A DNA stretch of 64,000 bases from Hyphococcus sp. (GTDB lineage Bacteria > Pseudomonadota > Alphaproteobacteria > Caulobacterales > Parvularculaceae), in the NCBI GenBank assembly GCA_028289605.1, contig JANQON010000004.1, forward strand, positions 74,547 through 138,546, in the 5' to 3' direction. The stretch's first letter is position 1, and every line of letters begins with the position of its first letter. Below, one piece after another: positions 1-8,852 of the stretch. The position numbers and the translations under genes are program-made. The notes under the pieces are model-generated. The model was not told the origin of the DNA and ran no database searches. It worked only from the letters and a program-made list of their open reading frames with translations.

Positions 1-183
1 GCCGACGACAAGTTCGTCTGGTTTATCGGGATCCACGACGTAAAAGCCGGTCCAGAAAAAATGATCAAAGGCGTGATGGAGAATGTTCGAGACCGTCGCC
101 ATACGCGCGGTAAGATTGGATTCGCCTTCGAGCACAGCTGTAATTTCTTTAGCGACTTCGTCGTAGCGTTCAGTCTTTTCCAT
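1..183 (-). CDS. GAF domain protein (YebR/MsrC-like); only the N-terminal 61 codons are present because the gene runs off the left edge
   Basis: Not in the ORF track. My own reverse-strand translation from ATG 183-181 gives MEKTERYDEVAKEITAVLEGESNLTARMATVSNILHHAFDHFFWTGFYVVDPDKPDELVVG, open to position 1. The FWTGFY...LVVG pattern is typical of single-GAF proteins. Confidence 0.6.
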   Translation of the reverse strand, partial: MEKTERYDEVAKEITAVLEGESNLTARMATVSNILHHAFDHFFWTGFYVVDPDKPDELVVG

Positions 184-886
184 GCTCGCGTCCAATCGAA
201 AATGTCAGCGCCGGCAGCGGTCCAATCTCAACGGAAACGTTGTCGCCGGGGCGCAACGGCCCGACGCCCGCCGGCGTGCCGGTGAAGATAAGATCGCCAG
301 CCCGCAATTCAAAGAGCTTCGAAAGACCCATCAGAATTTCAGGTACGTTCCAGATCATGGCGCTCAGCGCTTCATCCTGCCGGACATCTCCGTTGACCGA
401 TGTCACGAGACGCGCATCGTCGAGGGCGTCCGGGGGAACGTCGGCGATCCGGGCAATGGGGGCAATCGGCGCGGACTGATCAAACCCCTTGGCCGAATCC
501 CACGGCGCGCCGGCTTTTTTCGCCGCAGCCTGCAGATCGCGCCGGGTCAAATCGCAGCCGCAGGCGCAGCCGAATATCAGCGCGCCGGCTTCGTGCCGGT
601 CTTTGAGGTTTTTGCCGCTTCCCTGCAATGCAATTACGAGCTCGCCTTCGAAGTGAAGGTTTTCTGTCGCTTGCGGATAGGCGATGACCGCGCCGCTCTC
701 GACGACCGCATCGGGGGGCTTGGTGAAAAAGACCGGCGGGTCGGACTTTGCATCGCCGCCCATTTCTTTGACGTGATCGACGTAGTTCTTCCCGATACAG
801 AATATCCGCCTCACCGGAAAGACGCCGCCGCCGTGAACAGGAACACCGGGCCGCGGCGCCGGATCAATCACATAATCAGGCGCCAT
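170..886 (-). CDS. fumarylacetoacetate hydrolase (FAH) family protein
   Basis: 238-aa ORF. RRIFCIGKNYVDHVKEMGG, FFTKPPDAVV and GDLIFTGTPAGVGPLRPGD are typical FAH-fold motifs. Confidence 0.85.
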   Translation of the reverse strand: MAPDYVIDPAPRPGVPVHGGGVFPVRRIFCIGKNYVDHVKEMGGDAKSDPPVFFTKPPDAVVESGAVIAYPQATENLHFEGELVIALQGSGKNLKDRHEAGALIFGCACGCDLTRRDLQAAAKKAGAPWDSAKGFDQSAPIAPIARIADVPPDALDDARLVTSVNGDVRQDEALSAMIWNVPEILMGLSKLFELRAGDLIFTGTPAGVGPLRPGDNVSVEIGPLPALTFSIGREHGKD

Positions 887-935
887 AACTGCATTGCCCT
901 TTCATCGGCGGGGCTTCGATGCGCATTGGCTGCGG

Positions 936-1589
936 TCACAGAATTTTCTGGCCTGTCTTCGCCCAGTCGTCGAGAAACGCCTGAAGGCCCTTGTCGGTCA
1001 ACGGATGGTGCGCCAGGCCTTTCAGCACGCCCGGCGGAACCGTCGAGACGTCAGCGCCGACAAGCGCGGCCTCCTTTACATGGTTGGCCGATCGGATCGA
1101 CGCGGCGAGAATCTCCGTCTGGAAATCGTAATTGTCGTAGATAATCCGAATTTCGCGGATCAGATCCATGCCGTCGACATTGATGTCGTCGAGGCGGCCG
1201 ATGAAGGGTGAGATGAATGTCGCCCCCGCCTTCGCCGCAAGCAGCGCCTGGTTTGCGGAAAAGCACAAGGTGACGTTGGTCTTGATCCCGTCGCCCGTCA
1301 GCGCCTTGCAGGCGATGAGGCCGTCAAAGGTCAGCGGCAGCTTAACGCACACATTCTGCGCGATTCCAGCGAGGGATTTTCCCTCCTCGATCATCTGCGC
1401 CGCTTCTGTGGCGGTCACCTCCGCGCTCACAGGGCCTTCGACAATATCGCATATCTCGGCGACCACCTCGCGAAAGTCGCGCCCCGACTTCATGACGAGG
1501 CTGGGATTGGTGGTGACCCCGTCGACCAGGCCGGTCGGCGTGAGCGCCTTGATTTCGGCGGTGTCAGCGGTGTCGACAAAGAATTTCAT
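936..1589 (-). CDS. tal: transaldolase, short type 3B (fructose-6-phosphate aldolase-like)
   Basis: 217 aa. [14 protein letters not shown]...GVTTNPSL...[10 protein letters not shown] is the canonical short transaldolase pattern. Confidence 0.9.
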   Translation of the reverse strand: MKFFVDTADTAEIKALTPTGLVDGVTTNPSLVMKSGRDFREVVAEICDIVEGPVSAEVTATEAAQMIEEGKSLAGIAQNVCVKLPLTFDGLIACKALTGDGIKTNVTLCFSANQALLAAKAGATFISPFIGRLDDINVDGMDLIREIRIIYDNYDFQTEILAASIRSANHVKEAALVGADVSTVPPGVLKGLAHHPLTDKGLQAFLDDWAKTGQKIL

Positions 1590-1883
1590 GGGTTGCGGTC
1601 TCCTTCAGGCGCGCCCGACGTTACATAGGTTTGCCGCGGCGGCAACAGGCGTTTGCCCCCGCAGCATGCGCCTTTGCCGATAGCCTCCCTGAACGGTCGA
1701 TCAGCCCCGCTGAAGCCGGGTTCCCAATCCCGCGATCAAGGGCGAAAATCCCTTGTTTTCCGGGTGCAACGCTGCGATATCGCCTGCTCGATTTTTCAAT
1801 GGCGAGTCTATAGGCTGGCCGTCCGGCTCGTGCGGGGGGAAGACCGGCCGCGCAGCCCAACACAGAGTAAGGCTTGCGGGCCC

Positions 1884-3767
1884 ATGGCCAAGATCACCCC
1901 AGAAGACAGCGCCGTTGTCGTACGCTTCGCCGGAGACTCAGGCGACGGCGTTCAGCTCCTCGGCTCCCAGTTCGCAGAATCCACCGCCCTCGCCGGCGCA
2001 GACTTCGCCACCTTCCCTGATTTTCCCGCCGAGATTCGCGCGCCCGTGGGCACGACCTTCGGTGTCTCAGCCTTCCAGATCAATTTGGGGGCAAGGCGCA
2101 TTTCGACCGCCGGCGACCAGCCGGACGTCCTTGTCGCGTTCAATCCGGCGGCGCTGAAAGTCAATCTGCCCCTCTTGCAGAAGGGCGCGCTCATCATTCT
2201 GAACACCGGCGCCTTCAACGCCCGCAATTTCGCCAAAGCCGACATCGCCGCCGATCCGCGCGAAACCGGAGAGCTTGACGACTTCCAGGTCATTGAAATC
2301 GACATCAGCGCGCAGACGCTGGAAGCGGTGAAACCTCATGGGCTGTCGAAATCCGACGCGGAGCAATGCAAAAACTTCTGGGCGCTGGGCGCCGTCCTCT
2401 GGATGTTCGGCCGCGACCGCGGCCCGATCAAGGACTGGGCGACCAACAAATTCGCCAAGAAGGCGCCCGAAGTCCTGACCGGCAACATCGCCGCCCTCGA
2501 CGCCGGTCACGCCTATGCGGAGACCGCCGAGCTTTCCGCCGAAATCCCGCAATTCGTCATTGGCGAAGCGCCGATGGAGGCGGGCGAATATCGCTCCATC
2601 ACCGGCGCCGAAGCGATTTCTCTCGGCCTCGCCGCCGCAGGCGAACTCGCCGGCAAGGACATCCTCTTTTGCGGCTATCCGATCACCCCGGCCTCATCGA
2701 TCCTGCATCATCTCTCGCGCATGGGCGATCTCGGCGTCGCCACCTTTCAGGCGGAAGACGAGATCGCCGCCTGCTGCGCGGCCATCGGCGCCTCCTATGG
2801 CGGCAAGATCGGGGTGACGTCGTCTTCCGGTCCCGGCATCGCATTGAAGACCGAGGCGATCGGACTTGCAGTCCAAACCGAACTGCCCCTGGTCGTCATC
2901 AATTCTCAGCGCGGCGGGCCGTCGACGGGACTGCCGACCAAAACCGAGCAATCCGACCTCTATCAGGCCGTCTACGGACGAAACGCCGACACGCCGGTTC
3001 CGGTTCTCGCGACCGCCGGCCCAGGCGACTGTTTCGACGCGGCCATTGAAGCCACGCGCGTTGCGCTTCGCCATATGAGCCCGGTGTTCCTTTTGACCGA
3101 CGGCTATATCGCCAACGCCGCGGGCCCGTGGTCCCTGCCCGACATGAACGACTACGAACCCATCCTGCACGGCGCGCCGCCGAAACCGGTCGACGATCCG
3201 GTCGCCCTCAAAAAAGCGATCTGGGACCGCAGCGGGGAAAGCCTCGGGCGGCCTTGGGTTGCGCCGGGCATGAAAGGTCTCGCGCACCGCATCGGCGGCC
3301 TCGAAAAAGACGTGGAGACCGGCGACATCTCCTATGACGCGGCGAACCACCAGAAGATGTCTGAGTTACGCGCCGCGAAAGTCGCTGCCGTCGCGAAATT
3401 CATTCCCGATCAGCATGTGGAGCAAGGCCCGCTCAAAGGTCCTCTCGCCGTCGTCGGCTGGGGCTCGACCCATGGGGCGATTTATCGCGCGGTCTCGGTC
3501 GCGCGCGCGGAAGGCCATGACGTGGCGCAGATACATCTGCGCTGGCTCAACCCATTGCCGAAAAACCTGAAAGAGCTGCTCGCCGGTTATGACCGTGTCT
3601 TGTTGCCGGAGATGAATATGGGCCAATGCGCGACGCTGTTGCGCGACAAGCTTGGCCTCGACGTTGTTCAGTTCAACAAGGTCTCCGGCCAGCCCTTTAA
3701 AGTGTCCGAACTGGTTGCGGCGATTAAGGACAGTATGCCGGCCGCCCAAGCGAAAGCGGCGGAGTGA
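1884..3767 (+). CDS. korA: 2-oxoglutarate/2-oxoacid:ferredoxin oxidoreductase subunit alpha
   Basis: The ORF opens at 1653, but the conserved sequence begins at ATG 1884 (MAKITPEDSAVVVRFAGDSGDGVQLLGSQF..FPDFPAEIRAP). Size and the adjacent beta subunit fit KorA. Confidence 0.85.
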   Translation: MAKITPEDSAVVVRFAGDSGDGVQLLGSQFAESTALAGADFATFPDFPAEIRAPVGTTFGVSAFQINLGARRISTAGDQPDVLVAFNPAALKVNLPLLQKGALIILNTGAFNARNFAKADIAADPRETGELDDFQVIEIDISAQTLEAVKPHGLSKSDAEQCKNFWALGAVLWMFGRDRGPIKDWATNKFAKKAPEVLTGNIAALDAGHAYAETAELSAEIPQFVIGEAPMEAGEYRSITGAEAISLGLAAAGELAGKDILFCGYPITPASSILHHLSRMGDLGVATFQAEDEIAACCAAIGASYGGKIGVTSSSGPGIALKTEAIGLAVQTELPLVVINSQRGGPSTGLPTKTEQSDLYQAVYGRNADTPVPVLATAGPGDCFDAAIEATRVALRHMSPVFLLTDGYIANAAGPWSLPDMNDYEPILHGAPPKPVDDPVALKKAIWDRSGESLGRPWVAPGMKGLAHRIGGLEKDVETGDISYDAANHQKMSELRAAKVAAVAKFIPDQHVEQGPLKGPLAVVGWGSTHGAIYRAVSVARAEGHDVAQIHLRWLNPLPKNLKELLAGYDRVLLPEMNMGQCATLLRDKLGLDVVQFNKVSGQPFKVSELVAAIKDSMPAAQAKAAE

Positions 3768-3789
3768 TAATGTTAGAAACTTGCTCGAT

Positions 3790-3905
3790 CTTCATCCTGA
3801 GGAGCTTTCGCGGAAGCGAAAGCGTCTCGAAGGATGGGATATGTATTTCGGATTTGCCGCCATCCTTCGAGACGCCGGCCTTGCGGCCGTCTCCTCAGGA
3901 TGAAG
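3790..3905. repeat. nested palindromic intergenic element between korA and korB
   Basis: The outer 15-bp arms are perfect: cttcatcctgaggag (3790-3804) / ctcctcaggatgaag (3891-3905). The inner 16-bp arms are also perfect: gcgtctcgaaggatgg (3822-3837) / ccatccttcgagacgc (3860-3875). Confidence 0.75.
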
Positions 3906-3924
3906 TGTTGCGCGTGGAGAAACT

Positions 3925-4932
3925 TTGATGACCAAACCCCTCACCGCCAAAGACTTCGCCACCGATCAGGAAGTGCGCTGGTGCCCCGGCTGCGGCGACT
4001 ATGCGATCCTGAAATGCGTGCAGAAGACGCTTGCAGACGTTGAGGCGAATCCTGACGAGACCGTGTTCGTGTCCGGCATCGGCTGTTCCTCGCGCTTTCC
4101 CTATTACATGAACGCCTACGGCTTCCACACGATCCACGGGCGCGCGCCGGCTTTCGCGACGGGACTGAAGCTCGCCAATCCCGAACTCGACGTTTGGCTC
4201 GTCACCGGCGACGGCGACGGGCTGTCGATCGGCGGCAACCATTTGCTTCACGTGCTGCGCCGAAACGTCAATATGCAGATCATGTTGTTCAACAACGAGA
4301 TCTACGGATTGACCAAGGGGCAGTATTCCCCGACCTCGCGACCGGGCACGCGCTCGCCGTCGACGCCCGCGGGTTCGGTCGATGCGCCGGTTTCTCCCTG
4401 CCAGTTTGCCCTCGGCGCCAACGCGAAGTTTATCGCACGCGGGATCGACACGGATGCGAAGAACCTCTCCCCGGTTTTGAAAGCGGCGCGGGATTTCCAG
4501 GGCGCGGCCTTCGTCGAAATTTTCCAGAACTGCATCGTCTACAACAAGGACGTTTTCGACGGCTTTGTCGCCAAGAAAACCGCCGCAGACACCCAACTTC
4601 ATGTAGAGCATGGGAAACCGCTGCTTTTTGCGAAGGGAACCAAGGGGCTGAAGCTCAATACCCAAACCCTCACCCTAGAAATCGTTAACGTCGGTGAGGA
4701 AGGCGTTCCTGAATCGGAAATCCTTGTCCACGACGAAACCAACCGCACTATGGCGCAAATGCTGATCAACCTGCCCATGGGCGACTTTCCGATGCCGCTG
4801 GGCGTCATTTATCGCGAACCCTCCGCGCCGTCCTACGACGCGGCGTTCTGGGCCCATCACGCGACTCAAGGAAAGCGCACCGGCAAAGTCGCCGACGCGC
4901 TGCGCAAAGGGTCGGTCTGGCGAAAATCCTGA
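3925..4932 (+). CDS. korB: 2-oxoglutarate/2-oxoacid:ferredoxin oxidoreductase subunit beta (TPP-binding)
   Basis: 335 aa with RWCPGCGDYAILK and GDGDGLSIGGNHLLH (TPP motif). RBS GGAGA lies at 3916-3920. Confidence 0.9.
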   Translation: MMTKPLTAKDFATDQEVRWCPGCGDYAILKCVQKTLADVEANPDETVFVSGIGCSSRFPYYMNAYGFHTIHGRAPAFATGLKLANPELDVWLVTGDGDGLSIGGNHLLHVLRRNVNMQIMLFNNEIYGLTKGQYSPTSRPGTRSPSTPAGSVDAPVSPCQFALGANAKFIARGIDTDAKNLSPVLKAARDFQGAAFVEIFQNCIVYNKDVFDGFVAKKTAADTQLHVEHGKPLLFAKGTKGLKLNTQTLTLEIVNVGEEGVPESEILVHDETNRTMAQMLINLPMGDFPMPLGVIYREPSAPSYDAAFWAHHATQGKRTGKVADALRKGSVWRKS

Positions 4933-5075
4933 CGCGCCAGATGCGCGAACCGCGCTGGCCGCGTACAACTCAGACCGTAAATTCTTCACGGAATCCCACA
5001 TTCGGTGCGTAGTTATGAACGTACCTTTGGGTTCGGGGTATAGTGCGGGGGATGGAGAACCAAAACCGCCAATCA

Positions 5076-5162
5076 CCCGCTCATCCCGGCGAAAGCCGGG
5101 AACTCCGTCAGCTTGCATTGCGCACGCCGTACAAGATCCCGGCTTTCGCCGGGATGAGCGGA
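5076..5162. repeat. REP/MITE-like palindromic element, copy 1
   Basis: The left arm cccgctcatcccggcgaaagccggga and the right arm tcccggctttcgccgggatgagcgg form a perfect inverted repeat. Each arm also holds its own cccggc-gaaa-gccggg hairpin. Spurious translations read ...PAFAGMSG. Confidence 0.8.
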
Positions 5163-5238
5163 GGTAAAAACTGCGCCCGGGATTTGCGAAGCCGGCGGCG
5201 AAGGTCCATGAAGGCGCCGACATTGAGGAGGACGCCCC

Positions 5239-6414
5239 ATGGCTGACAAAGAATTCGACATCGCCGTCTTCGGCGCCACCGGCTTTACCGGCCGCCTGGT
5301 CGCTGAGTATCTCGACAAAAACTATCCGGCGGGATCCGACGTGACCTGGGCCATGGTCGGCCGGTCTCAGGATAAGCTTGAGGCGGTGCGCGATGAAATC
5401 GGCGCATCGAAAGACACGCCGCTGGTTGTGGCGGACGCCAGCGACGCCGCATCGATCAAAAACCTCGTCAACAGCGCGAAAGTGGTTTTGACAACGGTGG
5501 GCCCCTACCAGCTCTATGGCAATGAACTGGTCGCCGCCTGCGCCGAAGCCGGGACAGACTATGTGGACCTGTGCGGCGAGCCCGCCTGGATGCGCCAGAT
5601 GATCGATGCGCACGAAGACGCCGCGAAAAAGTCCGGCGCTCGCATCGTCTTTTCCTGCGGCTTTGACTCCATTCCGTCCGATCTCGGCGTCTTCATGCTG
5701 CAGGAGGAAGCGAAGAAAAAATTCGGCGCGCCCTGCAACGAAGTCAAAGGCCGGGTGCGCAGCATGAAGGGCACGTTTTCCGGCGGCACCGCAGCGAGTT
5801 TCAAAGCCACGATGGCGGCGGCGATGAAGGATCCCGCCGTGCTCGGGCATCTGAAAAACCCGTTCTCGCTGGCGCCCGGTTTTGAAGGCCCGAAACAGCC
5901 TTCCGGCTCAAAAGTCGTCCATGACGATGAGATGGGCGTCTGGAACGCGCCTTTTGTCATGGCGGCGATCAATACGAAGAACGTCCACCGGTCAAATGCA
6001 CTTATGGATCACGCCTATGGCGAGGACTTCGTCTATTCGGAAATGGTCATGACCGGCCCCGGCGAAAAAGGCGAAGCCGCAGCGCGCGCCATCGCGGAAA
6101 GCAACACCATGGCGAGCGACGACGGCCCGAAACCGGGTGAAGGCCCGAGCAAAGAAGAGCGCGAGGCGGGTTCCTACGACATTCTTTATGCCGGCAAAAC
6201 GGCGAAGGGCGAGACGCTGAACGTCGCCGTCACCGGCGACCGCGACCCGGGCTACGGGTCGACATCGAAAATGATCGCCGAAGCGGCGATCTGTCTAACC
6301 AAGGACCGCGCCGACACCCCCGGCGGGATCTGGACGACAGCGCCCGCCATGGGCGATGCGCTGATCGAACGGCTGCGCAAGAATGCCGGGCTTACGTTTG
6401 CGGTGGAGGGGTGA
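5239..6414 (+). CDS. saccharopine dehydrogenase-like NAD(P)-binding oxidoreductase
   Basis: 391 aa. N-terminal Rossmann motif FDIAVFGATGFTGRLVAEYL, RBS GAGGAGGA upstream, and an overall pattern typical of the Sacchrp_dh_NADP family. Confidence 0.8.
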   Translation: MADKEFDIAVFGATGFTGRLVAEYLDKNYPAGSDVTWAMVGRSQDKLEAVRDEIGASKDTPLVVADASDAASIKNLVNSAKVVLTTVGPYQLYGNELVAACAEAGTDYVDLCGEPAWMRQMIDAHEDAAKKSGARIVFSCGFDSIPSDLGVFMLQEEAKKKFGAPCNEVKGRVRSMKGTFSGGTAASFKATMAAAMKDPAVLGHLKNPFSLAPGFEGPKQPSGSKVVHDDEMGVWNAPFVMAAINTKNVHRSNALMDHAYGEDFVYSEMVMTGPGEKGEAAARAIAESNTMASDDGPKPGEGPSKEEREAGSYDILYAGKTAKGETLNVAVTGDRDPGYGSTSKMIAEAAICLTKDRADTPGGIWTTAPAMGDALIERLRKNAGLTFAVEG

Positions 6415-6493
6415 TGGTTCGTCATCCCGTGCGCGCTGCGGCGCAAAGCGACGCTGCGCTGACACGGGACCGCTGGAGGCTAACTGAAGAAGG

Positions 6494-6538
6494 TCCCGGA
6501 TCAGCAATGCAGCATTGCATGCTGCATTGCATCCGGGA
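6494..6538 (+). other. strong intergenic stem-loop (20-bp stem, 2-nt bulge, 3-nt loop)
   Basis: The sequence is tcccggat-ca-gcaatgcagcat tgc atgctgcattgc-atccggga. No T-tract follows. Confidence 0.7.
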
Positions 6539-6564
6539 TGACGGCATCGGAACTAGAATTGAAT

Positions 6565-7308
6565 ATGTCTGAAACCCCCAACCTCTCGGGCAAAACCGCT
6601 CTCGTCACCGGCGCGTCGCGCGGCATCGGCCGCGCTGTCGCGCTGGGGCTCGCAAAGGCCGGCGCGCATGTGCTGGCGCTCGCGCGCACCCAAGGCGGCC
6701 TTGAAGAGCTCGATGACGAGATCAAAGCCCAGGGCGCCGAAGCGGGCGGCAAGGCGTCCCTCATCACCCTGGACCTGACGGCCGACGATAATATCGAGCG
6801 GCTGACGGAGGCCTTGGGCGCGCGCTTTGACAAGCTCGACATTCTGTTCGGGAACGCCGCGGCCTTGGGCGAACTCGGGCCCCTCACCGATGTGGATCCG
6901 AAAATCTGGAATCACGTGCTGGCGCTCAACCTCACCGTCAACTGGCGGCTGATCCGGGCGCTCGATCCGCTCCTGCGGCGAAGCGAAGACGCCCGCGTCC
7001 TGTTCCTGACCTCTCGGGTGGGCGGCGAACAGGCGCGCGCCTATTGGGGTCCCTATGGGGTTTCCAAGGCGGCGCTGGAACACCTGGCCGAGACCTATGC
7101 TCTGGAGAATGCGCAATCGTCGATCAGCGTCGGGGTCGTCGATCCGGGCGCCATGCGCACCGCCATGCGCGCAAGCGCCATGCCCGGGGAAGACCCGCAG
7201 ACCCTGCCGGCGCCGGAAGAGATCGTGCCGATGATTTACGAAGCGCTTGCCGCACACCCCGGGCCGTTCAAGCGCTGGGTGTTTCGGGAGTGGATGGAAA
7301 GCGCCTGA
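6565..7308 (+). CDS. SDR family oxidoreductase
   Basis: LSGKTALVTGASRGIGRAVALGLAKAGAHV plus the YGVSKAAL catalytic motif. The ORF opens at 6538, but that ATG lies inside the hairpin, so ATG 6565 is preferred. Confidence 0.85.
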   Translation: MSETPNLSGKTALVTGASRGIGRAVALGLAKAGAHVLALARTQGGLEELDDEIKAQGAEAGGKASLITLDLTADDNIERLTEALGARFDKLDILFGNAAALGELGPLTDVDPKIWNHVLALNLTVNWRLIRALDPLLRRSEDARVLFLTSRVGGEQARAYWGPYGVSKAALEHLAETYALENAQSSISVGVVDPGAMRTAMRASAMPGEDPQTLPAPEEIVPMIYEALAAHPGPFKRWVFREWMESA

Positions 7309-7320
7309 CATCGACCTATT

Positions 7321-7408
7321 CCGCTCATTCCCGCGAAAGCGGGAATCCATTCGAGCTTCGCTCGTCTTTTTTTGTTTGCTGGATCCCCGCTTGCGCGGGG
7401 ATGAGCGG
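7321..7408. repeat. REP/MITE-like palindromic element, copy 2 (diverged)
   Basis: The arms are ccgctcattcccgcgaaagcgggaatcc (7321-7348) / ggatccccgcttgcgcggggatgagcgg (7381-7408). The core contains cgagc-ttc-gctcg followed by tcttttttt, which is terminator-like for the SDR gene. Confidence 0.75.
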
Positions 7409-7447
7409 GTGAGGTCAGATTGTCTCGTGTTGCTATCAGATGCAGCG

Positions 7448-8824
7448 CTACTTCTTCTTCTCTTTCGCAAACGGATTATCCGCCGACTTCAGCAAGAGCC
7501 TGATCGGCACCGCCTTGATGTCGAACGCGTCGCGAATGCCGTTGATCAGGTAGCGTCGATAGGATTCAGGCACCTCATGGGCGAGGTTGCATTGCGCGAC
7601 GAATGTCGGCGGGCGGGTCTTGGTTTGCGTGATGTATTTAAACTTGATGCGCCGGCCCGCGGCCGCCGGCGGGGTGTGGCGATGCACGGCTTCCTGCATC
7701 CAGTCGTTGAGGTCCGGGGTCTTCACCCGCGCGTTCCAGTCCACATAGACGCCGGTCACAGCCGGCATGAGCCGTTTCAAGCCGGCGCCGGTCAGGGCGG
7801 AAAGGGTTACGATCGGCGCGCCCGGCGCCTGGGGCAGCAGGCGGTCCGCTTTTTCGCGCAAGCTTTCCATGACCGTCTTTTTGTCTTCGACAAGATCCCA
7901 CTTGTTCACCGCCAGCACGAGCGCGCGCCCTTCGCGCAAAGCCAGGTCCGCGATCTGCAGATCCTGTTTTTCAAACGGCGTTTCCGCGTCGAGAAGGAGC
8001 ACGACAACTTCAGCAAAGCGAATAGCCCTCAGCGAGTCGCCCACCGAGAGCTTTTCAAGCTTGGACTGCACTTTCGCTTTCTTGCGCATGCCGGCGGTGT
8101 CGAAAAGCTTAACTTTCCAGTCTCGATCGGGGCCAGTCCAGCGCCACTCAACGCTGATGGAATCGCGAGTGATCCCCGCCTCCGGCCCGGTTAGAAGTCG
8201 GTCTTCGCCGATAATTTTGTTGATCAGCGTCGACTTGCCGGCGTTGGGCCGTCCCACAATCGCCACACGGAGGGGTTTGAGCGGATCGTCCCAGCTTTCG
8301 GCGTCTTCATCCTCAGCGTCTTCTGCCGGTGCGAGATCCGCGAAAAGCGGCGCCAGCGCCGCAAACAACTCCGCCATGCCTTCGCCGTGCTCGGCGCTTA
8401 CCGGGATCGGATCGCCGATGCCCAGTTCGTATGCGTCATATATCCCCGCGTCGCCCTTATTCCCTTCCGCCTTGTTGGCGAGGAGCAACACCGGCTTGCC
8501 GCTGGCGCGCAGGATTTCCGCAAATGTCCGGTCGAGGGGCGTCACGCCGGCGCGGGCGTCAACCATGAACAAACAGATATCGGCGTCTTCCACGGCCCGA
8601 TCGGTCTGTTTGCGCATGCGCCCTTCGAGCGCCGCCGCCGGCGCTTCTTCAAGACCGGGCGTATCAAACACCGAAAACGTCAGATCACCGAGCTTGCCCT
8701 CGCCTTCGCGCCGGTCACGGGTAACGCCGGGCGTATCGTCAACCAGCGCAAGGCGCTTGCCGACCAGGCGATTGAACAGCGTCGATTTGCCGACATTCGG
8801 CCTGCCGACGATTGCAATCTTCAT
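7448..8824 (-). CDS. der: ribosome-associated GTPase Der (EngA)
   Basis: 458 aa with two GTPase domains ([11 protein letters not shown] twice) and a KH-like C-terminus. Confidence 0.95.
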   Translation of the reverse strand: MKIAIVGRPNVGKSTLFNRLVGKRLALVDDTPGVTRDRREGEGKLGDLTFSVFDTPGLEEAPAAALEGRMRKQTDRAVEDADICLFMVDARAGVTPLDRTFAEILRASGKPVLLLANKAEGNKGDAGIYDAYELGIGDPIPVSAEHGEGMAELFAALAPLFADLAPAEDAEDEDAESWDDPLKPLRVAIVGRPNAGKSTLINKIIGEDRLLTGPEAGITRDSISVEWRWTGPDRDWKVKLFDTAGMRKKAKVQSKLEKLSVGDSLRAIRFAEVVVLLLDAETPFEKQDLQIADLALREGRALVLAVNKWDLVEDKKTVMESLREKADRLLPQAPGAPIVTLSALTGAGLKRLMPAVTGVYVDWNARVKTPDLNDWMQEAVHRHTPPAAAGRRIKFKYITQTKTRPPTFVAQCNLAHEVPESYRRYLINGIRDAFDIKAVPIRLLLKSADNPFAKEKKK

Positions 8825-8852
8825 CGAACTTCAACGGATCGCCGCCGCTCGT

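Noticed and set aside
4675-5850. 391-aa minus-strand ORF overlapping the korB end, REP copy 1 and the saccharopine-dehydrogenase-like gene
   Set aside because: It runs through an intergenic repeat and is antisense to a gene with a clear Rossmann motif and RBS. Its composition is Arg/Gly/Ala-rich and featureless.
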